The position numbers and the translations under genes are program-made. A stretch of 61,379 nucleotides of DNA, counting the filler, from Candidatus Aminicenantales bacterium (lineage in GTDB: Bacteria > Acidobacteriota > Aminicenantia > Aminicenantales > Saccharicenantaceae): NCBI GenBank assembly GCA_049512315.1. It is 4 parts of 4 records of this genome, joined end to end, with 100 filler letters (N's around TTAATTAATTAA, not from the genome) between each part and the next. Parts side by side here need not be neighbours in the genome. Positions count along the whole stretch, not along the records: positions 1 to 19,268 come from JBEKXF010000050.1; 3 more parts are not named here. The stretch is one strand, 5' to 3'. The notes under the pieces were generated by a model, which worked only from the letters and a program-made list of their open reading frames with translations, ran no database searches and had not been told where the DNA came from. Position 1 is the first letter of the stretch. Each line of letters opens with the position of its first letter. Below, piece after piece: positions 7,588 to 14,937 of the stretch.

Positions 7588-10500
7588 TTAGCTGCCTGTC
7601 AGCCCGGCCAGCCGCTTCTTGGCGTCCTCAACCTCGGGCAGGCCGGCATCGGCGTCCTTCCAGAGGTCAAGGAATTTGCGGTAGTTCGTTATGGCCCGCG
7701 CCTTGTCCCCTTGCTGCTCGGCGATTTTGCCTAGCATGTAGAACGCCTTGGCGTAGATATCGCCGGGCCAAACCCTGCCCACTGCCAGCAGCGTGATCTT
7801 CTCGTATTCTTTGCGGGCTTTGTCTAAGGCCCCAGCCCTATAATAAGCCTGGGCCAGGCAATCAAAATAAAGAGCGTGCTCACTACCTACGAAATATTGA
7901 TTAGGAAGGAGAGATATGGCTTCGTTGAAATCATCAACAGCTTTGCTCAGGTTGTTTCTCTTGAGCTCGATTATTCCTTCCACGTTACGGTACATTCTCA
8001 TAAGTTTTTTGTTTAATCCTTTTTCTATCAGGGATCTCAGTTCGACCGCAGCCTGCTGGGCTCTATCTATCTGATTTCTCTCTAGGAATATCATAGCCCT
8101 CCAATAGATACAGCCTCGCTCATGAGCCGAGAAGTCGTTTACAGTGGCAACAGCCCAGGCCTTATCGCATTCTTTCAGGGCCTCTTCATAATTTCCCAAT
8201 TTCAGATGGAGATATGCCAAATATAGATGAAAACGTGATTCATAGGCCCACTGATTGAGCTCCTTCGCCTCATCAATTCCAAGGTCACAATGATTCTTTG
8301 CCACTCCAAATTTTCCCTGAAGCACACATAGAGTGGCCAAGCTATCCCTGCCTCTCAAGTGCACTATCTTTGCTTCTGACTCCAGCAGCGTTTCGAAGTC
8401 TTTTTCGGCCGTACTCAAGTTGCCTTGGCAGAGTGAAATCTGGCCTCTCAACAAGACGCTATCGTTATCACCCGGATTAAGCATGAGTGCCTTTCCCACT
8501 TCAAGGAGGGCAGGGGCGTATTCCCCCTGACAGAGATGGATGAGAGCAAGCTCCTGGCGCATATTGAAATTATCGCCGAAAGTTTTGATGTAGAACTCCT
8601 GAGCTTCTGTCGCTTTTTCGTATTGCCCCTTGGCCATATAATCAGATGCTATATCCGCATAAGGGTATATAGAAGAATCTTTATACTTAATTGCTGCTCC
8701 ACTCCGTTCAATGGCCTTATCCCACTCTTCTAAACCCATATAGAGTTCAGCACCGTTTATATTTCCAATGCGATCATCTGGATAAAGCTGCAGTAGTTTA
8801 TTATAGGTTTCAATAGCTTTGTCGTAGGTTCTTTCTGAGTACCTATAAAAATCACCTTGGATGATATAGCGCTCCCGCTCCGAGACCCGGTCGGACAATT
8901 CGAAGGCTTTTTGACGGTTCTTTTTAGATTCAGAATAATATCCGAACTGATCATAAGCAATAGCTAAGCTCCTGTAGGCCATGGCAAACCCAGGGTCGAT
9001 AGCTATGGCTTTTTCCATCAGCGGTATGCTTTTGCGATACTCATAATTCGTGTGATATCTTCTGGCTTCACTATAATACTTATACGCTTCCGGAGAAGTG
9101 GTTGTGATCTTTCCAACCTCCATATCGTGGTCTGCAGCTATCTGATCCGGCGTGAGGTTCATGTCCGACTTGATTGTCCTGGCCAGCTCATCCACTTTGG
9201 CAAAAATCTCTTTCTCGCCGTTGCATTCAATATTAAGGGGGCTTATGACTTCTCCTGTGCGAGGTTTCTGAAGCGTCAGGGTCATGATGATCGTTTCCCC
9301 GGCTTTCATCAGGCTCCCGCTCAATGTGTAGACAGCCCCTCCTTCGTCGGCCACCTTGACCAGGTCTTCTGTGGAATATTTCTTGGCTTCCTGAAGATTC
9401 AGCCTTCTTAAAATACTGAAGATCCTGTCGCTGCTCAGAACACTGATGAATTTTGATTGGGAGAGCTTTGTAATGAGCAACTCAGTTAGCCCGGTCTTCC
9501 AGGCATCCAGGCTCTTGTCTCCGGAAATGTTTTCAAAGTAGACGATGGCAAGAGAGGGTTTGCCCGAGGGAGGAGGAACGATATGGTGTTTGGGGAGGAA
9601 ACGCCAGATGACCAAGGCAATGAGGGCAAAGGCCGCGACTCCCAGAGCCGGAATCAAGAGCTTCTTTGCCCCAAAGGTCACCGTGATTTGCCTAGAGGTG
9701 AGCGGCTTTCTCTTGGGGATTTCGTGAGCCGTCGTCGGGAGACCCTTTTCTATATTCTCGAGTTCTGATCTCACGTCGTCGGCACTCTGATATCTCTTGC
9801 TCTTGTCCTTCTCCAGGCAGCGAAGGACTAGACGGCTGAGGTCATCCGGAATCTGATCGTTGAACTCTTTGGGATCTTTGGGCTTTTCAGTCTTGTGTTT
9901 CACGGCGATGCTGAGCGGCGTATCGCCTTCGAACGGAGCCCGGCCCGTCAACATCTCGTAAAGAACGATTCCCAGAGAATAAATGTCCGATCGCTGATCC
10001 GCTTCTTTCCCCTCGACCTGCTCCGGGCTCATATATTCTGGCGTCCCGATGACCACACCCTCGCCGGTCAGGCTTTTGCCGTGAAGCGATCTGGCAATCC
10101 CGAAATCCATTATCCGGGCATTGCCCTCCCTGTCGATGATGATGTTGGAGGGTTTGAGATCCCTGTGAATGACTCCCAGCCGATGAGCCTCCGCCAGCCC
10201 CTCGGAGATTTGCTTGGCGATGGCGATTGCTTTCCCGATCGTCAACTGGCCTGTCTGCCTGATCAATCCTCTCAGGTCCTGTCCCGCCACGTATTCCATG
10301 GTGATGAAGTAGGTCCCCTTCTCCTCCCCAAGGTCAAACATGCGGCAGACATTCCTATGGGATATCATCCGGGTCGTTTTCAATTCGTTGCTGAACCGTT
10401 CGATCGTATTCTTATCGGAAGAGATTTCCGGCTTGATAAGCTTCAGGGCGATCTCTGCCTTGATCTTCTTGTCCTCTACCCGGTATACTTTGCCCATCCC

Positions 10501-10698
10501 ACCCCGGCCGAGCTCCTCGATGATCTCGTACCTTCCTGCAATTGTGGTTCCTCTGCTTAACTCATGAACGGGCGTCTGGAGGGTTTCTGTCATGACCGGA
10601 GGGTTAGCCTTGGGCGAAGGTAGCTGGGTGCCACAATCGGCGCAGAACTGCTTGGTTTCTGGATTCTCAGAATGACATTTCGGACACTTGATGGCCAA
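7588..10698 (-). CDS. Zn-ribbon / Hanks-type Ser/Thr kinase / TM / TolB-N-like / TPR receptor kinase, 1036 aa
   Basis: CPKC..CADC, LGRGGMGKVY, ALK, HRDLKPSN, DFG and GTPEYMSPE motifs, one hydrophobic TM segment, then TPR repeats. Confidence 0.95.
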   Translation of the reverse strand: MAIKCPKCHSENPETKQFCADCGTQLPSPKANPPVMTETLQTPVHELSRGTTIAGRYEIIEELGRGGMGKVYRVEDKKIKAEIALKLIKPEISSDKNTIERFSNELKTTRMISHRNVCRMFDLGEEKGTYFITMEYVAGQDLRGLIRQTGQLTIGKAIAIAKQISEGLAEAHRLGVIHRDLKPSNIIIDREGNARIMDFGIARSLHGKSLTGEGVVIGTPEYMSPEQVEGKEADQRSDIYSLGIVLYEMLTGRAPFEGDTPLSIAVKHKTEKPKDPKEFNDQIPDDLSRLVLRCLEKDKSKRYQSADDVRSELENIEKGLPTTAHEIPKRKPLTSRQITVTFGAKKLLIPALGVAAFALIALVIWRFLPKHHIVPPPSGKPSLAIVYFENISGDKSLDAWKTGLTELLITKLSQSKFISVLSSDRIFSILRRLNLQEAKKYSTEDLVKVADEGGAVYTLSGSLMKAGETIIMTLTLQKPRTGEVISPLNIECNGEKEIFAKVDELARTIKSDMNLTPDQIAADHDMEVGKITTTSPEAYKYYSEARRYHTNYEYRKSIPLMEKAIAIDPGFAMAYRSLAIAYDQFGYYSESKKNRQKAFELSDRVSERERYIIQGDFYRYSERTYDKAIETYNKLLQLYPDDRIGNINGAELYMGLEEWDKAIERSGAAIKYKDSSIYPYADIASDYMAKGQYEKATEAQEFYIKTFGDNFNMRQELALIHLCQGEYAPALLEVGKALMLNPGDNDSVLLRGQISLCQGNLSTAEKDFETLLESEAKIVHLRGRDSLATLCVLQGKFGVAKNHCDLGIDEAKELNQWAYESRFHLYLAYLHLKLGNYEEALKECDKAWAVATVNDFSAHERGCIYWRAMIFLERNQIDRAQQAAVELRSLIEKGLNKKLMRMYRNVEGIIELKRNNLSKAVDDFNEAISLLPNQYFVGSEHALYFDCLAQAYYRAGALDKARKEYEKITLLAVGRVWPGDIYAKAFYMLGKIAEQQGDKARAITNYRKFLDLWKDADAGLPEVEDAKKRLAGLTGS

Positions 10699-10796
10699 GC
10701 GAGTTCCCCCTCCTCGAGCCTGGCCTCAGATTAGCAGAGGGATGGGCGGGAAGTCAACCAAAGCGGATTCGAACCCATTCCGATGGGAGTAACAAT

Positions 10797-11663
10797 TTAG
10801 TCCCGGCGAACGTCCCTATTCGCTCTGGCTCCAACGATTTTGCCCGCTTTGCAGCGGACTTCGTCTTCCCGCCTGGCCAGTTCCGCCTCGGCCTCCGCCC
10901 ACAATTCGTCGACCTGGGCCTCGGTCACGGGTTCCGTCGGGGCCTTGCGCTTAAGCATGGAAATGGAAGCCGGAGACAGGCCGAATATCTCGGCCAGCTC
11001 TTTCCCTTCGAAGGTGTCCGTGATGCCGGTCCGCAGGAGCCGCCGGATCAGGATGCGCCTCTGGTCTTTCAGGCTGGGGAGGGTCAGCCTGCGGTCGGCG
11101 TTCTCCAGGGTGACGGCGGCAAAGAAGAGCTCGATGGCCCGGTCGGCGGTCATCCGGCCGGCCTCCACTTCCGCGAAGAGGCGTTTCAAAAAGCGCAGTT
11201 CTTTTGACCCTCGGGCCTCAATCCAGCCCTTGGCCAGGGGAAGGGCCGGGGCTTGCGCTTCGGCGGGCTCTAGGCCCGTCTCGCCGGCCTCCAGCAGGGC
11301 TTCGGGGTTTGCATCTGCGTGCCTTCCGAGCTGAACGCCCTCCGGATAGGCCTCCTCGTTTCCCTCGTTATCTGCTTTGAGCCTGATCTGGCTGGCCCAG
11401 CAGACGGCGGCCTTGTTTTCCTTTAGCCGCCGGTATTTTATGGCCTGGAGGTAGTTCCTCCAGTCGCCCTTGCTCGCGGGCCAGCCGCGCCACCGGCCCG
11501 AGGCGACGAAGTCCTGGATGAGGTCGTCGGCCTCGTAGAGCCCGTCCCTGAGCGTGAGGCAGTCCCTCAAGTCGCGGAGGACCTCGAAGGCCATGACGTT
11601 CATGGCTCGCCTGGCCTCGGGGGACGGTCCCTCGATTGTCATAGGTCTGTTTTGGGTTTCCAT
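10797..11663 (-). CDS. Hypothetical protein with C-terminal helix-turn-helix
   Basis: GKELAEIFGLSPASISMLKRK HTH pattern. Starts 8 nt after the recombinase stop. Confidence 0.65.
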   Translation of the reverse strand: METQNRPMTIEGPSPEARRAMNVMAFEVLRDLRDCLTLRDGLYEADDLIQDFVASGRWRGWPASKGDWRNYLQAIKYRRLKENKAAVCWASQIRLKADNEGNEEAYPEGVQLGRHADANPEALLEAGETGLEPAEAQAPALPLAKGWIEARGSKELRFLKRLFAEVEAGRMTADRAIELFFAAVTLENADRRLTLPSLKDQRRILIRRLLRTGITDTFEGKELAEIFGLSPASISMLKRKAPTEPVTEAQVDELWAEAEAELARREDEVRCKAGKIVGARANRDVRRD

Positions 11664-11671
11664 TTAAATCC

Positions 11672-12283
11672 TCAAAGAAATCTCGCTGACCGCCGTTCCA
11701 TTTCCCTTTCATGTTCGGCGGTGTTCATGTCCGATAAATATCTCTCCGAACTTGCCAAGTTCTTGTGCCTGAGCCACCTGGCGATCTGCACGAGCGAGTC
11801 GCCCTTGGCCGCCATCTGGCTCGCGCAGGTGTGCCGGAGGTCGTGGGGGCTGTGGGGGTTCGCGAGCCCGGCCTTCCCGCAGGTCAGCTGAAACAGCTTC
11901 CACCCCGACTCCTGGGTCATGTGGCCGGTCCTGGGCAGCACCTTTGACGGGAACAGGTGGGGGTTTTCCTTCGCCTCCGGCCGGCCCGCCCTCTCCTTCA
12001 GCCACGCCCTGAGCTTCCTCTCGAGCCTCTCCGGGATGTCGTAGGTCCTCGAGAGCCCGCCCTTCTCCGCCCTGACCGTGATCTGGTGGGCGTCGAGGCC
12101 GACGTCGTCCAGCCGGAGGGAGACGGCCTCGCCGATCCTCATCGCGAAGAAGTACACGAGCGACCAGAGGCAGTCCCACTTCCTCCCGTGCCTCCTGGCC
12201 GCCTTCATGAAGGCCTCGAGCTCTCCGTCGGTGAAGTACCGGACCCGGCCGTTTAGGGCCGTCCCTTTGGGGCGTCCGGCCAT
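11672..12283 (-). CDS. Minimal tyrosine recombinase (catalytic domain only), 203 aa
   Basis: AMRIGE (R), EKGG (K), HDLRH, LRHKN (H), SERY (Y). Confidence 0.92.
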   Translation of the reverse strand: MAGRPKGTALNGRVRYFTDGELEAFMKAARRHGRKWDCLWSLVYFFAMRIGEAVSLRLDDVGLDAHQITVRAEKGGLSRTYDIPERLERKLRAWLKERAGRPEAKENPHLFPSKVLPRTGHMTQESGWKLFQLTCGKAGLANPHSPHDLRHTCASQMAAKGDSLVQIARWLRHKNLASSERYLSDMNTAEHEREMERRSARFL

Positions 12284-12284
12284 C

Positions 12285-12650
12285 CTACTTCCCCTTTTGT
12301 TTGCCGAAGTATTTCAGGTTGTTCGCCTCGAGGATCTTCAGGTCGGCGCGGAATGCCGCATCGCCCTTCCCGGCTTCGTTATTCGCAAGGCCTTGGCACT
12401 CGATGATGAACTCGACCGCCATCTTCCGGTTCCCCTTCGGCGGCTGGCCGGCCCATCGTTCCCGCGCAATGCGCGCGGCGATGCCGGCGATGACTTCGTC
12501 CCCGTGGGACCTGTCGTCCGTCAGGTAGTCGACGGCCTCGGGAAGCGAATCGAGCCCGTGGGCCTCAGCGACCGCCTCGGCACCGGATCTTTTCCCCTCC
12601 TCAGGCTCGGCCTTCGCCTTCGCTTGGGTCTTGACATTGGCTTGTTTCAT
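12285..12650 (-). CDS. Hypothetical protein
   Basis: ATG at 12650 with GAAGGAGG SD. Its stop abuts the recombinase start. Confidence 0.7.
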   Translation of the reverse strand: MKQANVKTQAKAKAEPEEGKRSGAEAVAEAHGLDSLPEAVDYLTDDRSHGDEVIAGIAARIARERWAGQPPKGNRKMAVEFIIECQGLANNEAGKGDAAFRADLKILEANNLKYFGKQKGK

Positions 12651-13146
12651 TCGCGTGCCCTCCTTCAGCACTCGAGAATAGGTATACCGTGAAAAAGTGA
12701 GCTTGCACATAGCCTAACTAAAAAATTTGCAACTCTTGCTTCCTCCCCAGGTATGGCCGGCCTGGGAGGGGGCGCCCAAAATCGGGGCAAAAATTTGCTT
12801 GGGGCACCAAAAGGGCCTTCGGGGCGTCAAAAGACTCGCGCATCGCCCCATACGGCGGCCGCCGGACGGCCCCCGTTCGCCCCAGGTCGCGTCCGGACGG
12901 CCCGGGCAAGCATAGGGCAAGGGCCCGCCCCGCCTTGGGCCCCCTGGGTGATCCGGGGGAGGGGCGTGCGGGCGGGGAGTTATACCCAGGGAAATGTTTT
13001 GATTATGCCTGATTCGGCCATATCGCAGACTCTATTTAATTTGTAGGTTTTACAGGGATCGGCTTGTCTCTTACGGATTTCATTCAGAATTGATTCAAAA
13101 TGGTTCGGCCGGATGTAGACCTTGCAGATAGGTGTTGCCGAGAGAG

Positions 13147-14043
13147 TTACTGCCGCTGTGTTTTAAAAGCGCTGGGGTAAGCTTTAATAAGCCGGCTAGA
13201 ATCATCCCCATCTATTACGCCATAATAAATCGCGGAACCTTCAATTGCCGATTTCGCCCTGGCAAATTCGATCATTTGCTCGACTACCGACTCATGAATT
13301 TGCCCCCAATACTGCACGACAAACACACTTGCGGCACTCTTGAAAAGGCGCTGTATCTGGTCTCCATTCTTTCCCATTTTTTTTGGTGTTAAGATGCCTG
13401 TGGTACCTTTTCCCTTAAATGCAAAAGCTGTCGGCATGCGGCGACTGAGCACGCGCAATCGGGTCGTAAAGAGGTCGTTTCGTTCGCCTCCCCAATCTTG
13501 AAAATCGCCTACCTCGCCCATAATTTTCTTAATGCCTTTCTTGAAACGCTGTTCAGGCATCGGAACATACGCGCCCGGCTCAACACGCATCCCTACAACT
13601 TTGTCGAACGAATCGATATCGTCGATAGTTATGTTGTGGGCAAGAACGCGATTCTGTGCAAAACGAATTTTAATATTACCTTGTTTGTCTACCTTCGGCT
13701 GGGTTTTTGTGGGGAGTTTAGAAAATGCCCGTGGGTTTCTTACATATCTTAGTATTTCGTTCTTCCGGCGCGAGTAAAAACGGTCTTTCTGATAACCCGT
13801 CTGACCGGCTAGCCTGATTTGTTTTACGATTCCATTGTCTGCAAGGACCAATGCTGCGGTTAATACTTGCTTCCTGTCTAACCCGGTAGTTTGGGCAATT
13901 TCATTGACAAACTTAGTGTGCTTTTTGCCCCGGTAAATCGCCTTGAATACTATTAGCCTTTGAGGAGATTTACCTAAGACTTTGACTGCGTGTGCAACTT
14001 GCTCGTTACTATTTGACCGAGCGTCTGAAACGCTGATTGGCAT
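13147..14043 (-). CDS. Winged-HTH plus putative PD-(D/E)XK (Mrr-like) nuclease-fold protein, 298 aa
   Basis: N-terminal VNEIAQTTGLDRKQV..L.DNGIV HTH. C-terminal E..DWGGERNDLF..FAFKG..DQIQRL..IDG pattern. The fold call is inference. Confidence 0.6.
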   Translation of the reverse strand: MPISVSDARSNSNEQVAHAVKVLGKSPQRLIVFKAIYRGKKHTKFVNEIAQTTGLDRKQVLTAALVLADNGIVKQIRLAGQTGYQKDRFYSRRKNEILRYVRNPRAFSKLPTKTQPKVDKQGNIKIRFAQNRVLAHNITIDDIDSFDKVVGMRVEPGAYVPMPEQRFKKGIKKIMGEVGDFQDWGGERNDLFTTRLRVLSRRMPTAFAFKGKGTTGILTPKKMGKNGDQIQRLFKSAASVFVVQYWGQIHESVVEQMIEFARAKSAIEGSAIYYGVIDGDDSSRLIKAYPSAFKTQRQ

Positions 14044-14047
14044 CTAT

Positions 14048-14248
14048 CTATTTTTTTGAAGACCGTTTCACTTTGCGCTTGGCTAACATGCGACTAACAA
14101 CGCTCTCATGAACGCCCAATGCTGAAGCTACGTCTCTGCCCTTGACTCCTGATGTTATGAGTTGGAGGATTAGCAGGCGTTTGATGGCTTCAAGTCCATC
14201 AGCCATTGGATCTCCCTTTGCCTTCTTAGGCTTTCTTTTTGCCGCCAT
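14048..14248 (-). CDS. Small HTH protein
   Basis: GVKGRDVASALGVHESVVSRML; GGAGG SD. Confidence 0.75.
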   Translation of the reverse strand: MAAKRKPKKAKGDPMADGLEAIKRLLILQLITSGVKGRDVASALGVHESVVSRMLAKRKVKRSSKK

Positions 14249-14423
14249 CGCCCTTGCCTCCTTTGGGAATGCCCTTTAAGAGGTCATTCACCCATGCTTT
14301 CTGTTTCCCCACGGTTCTCGCGATTTTATCTTGTGGGGCGCCCATTGAGAATAGTTGAAAGACGAGTATCTTTGTAAGAAGGTTGATGATCTCCTTCTTC
14401 TCTTCGGTTGCTTTCTTTGGCAT
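14226..14423 (-). CDS. Small HTH protein (distant paralogue of 14048-14248)
   Basis: GAPQDKIARTVGKQKAWVNDLL. ATG at 14423 with GGAGG SD. Confidence 0.72.
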   Translation of the reverse strand: MPKKATEEKKEIINLLTKILVFQLFSMGAPQDKIARTVGKQKAWVNDLLKGIPKGGKGDGGKKKA

Positions 14424-14442
14424 TCTTTCCTCCCCCAATATT

Positions 14443-14502
14443 CCTAACTAGATTCTGACCTAACTTATAAATAATCCTAACAAAGTGAAGTTGCTAGTAC
14501 AA
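14443..14502 (-). promoter_or_regulatory. Sigma70-type promoter with three GTTAGG direct repeats (putative operator)
   Basis: TTGTAC (14502-14497), 17 bp, then TAGGAT (14479-14474) preceded by TGn. CCTAAC on + at 14443, 14459 and 14476. Confidence 0.6.
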
Positions 14503-14804
14503 GCCCTTCACAAAGCCAATGAGAAAAAACGGAAATTTCTGCCGTCGATTATTGTGAGGCAAACATCCGCTCAGCGTCCCGCGTTTGAATGGGGAGCGCC
14601 CCCATTTGAACCCGAATGTTCAAGACGGCACCCGGCCCGACCGGCTGCTGACTGGCCGCCGACAAAACCGGGCCAGGGGGGTCTCTTAGCAGTTAGAGGG
14701 CCGTCTGATAGAGAAGGGTAAAGCCCCCTCTAAGGAACTTATTCTCGGCCCGTTTTAGCCGAACTCAAGCGCGGCTGTGCCCTTCCTTGCCCCATGCAAA
14801 GGGG

Positions 14805-14928
14805 AGAAGGTAAGAAAGTAAAAACTTGCTTTCGGGTTCTTCCCCAAAATTCATCTCCTTTTCTACCAGTCAACATGCGACTTTTTGGGCAAGTGTCGGA
14901 AAATACCTTCTTACTTTCTTACTATCTT
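14805..14928. repeat. Inverted octamer iterons, putative replication origin
   Basis: ACCTTCTT/ACTTTCTT/ACTATCTT tandem at 14905-14928 and inverted AGAAGGT-AAGAAAGT at 14805-14819, directly downstream of the primase-helicase. Confidence 0.6.
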
Positions 14929-14937
14929 AGGCTTTCT

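Noticed and set aside
6740..12934. GGCGGGGCGGG / CCCGCCCCGCC as inverted repeats of an invertible segment
   Set aside because: Only 11 bp of low-complexity GC sequence, expected by chance here.
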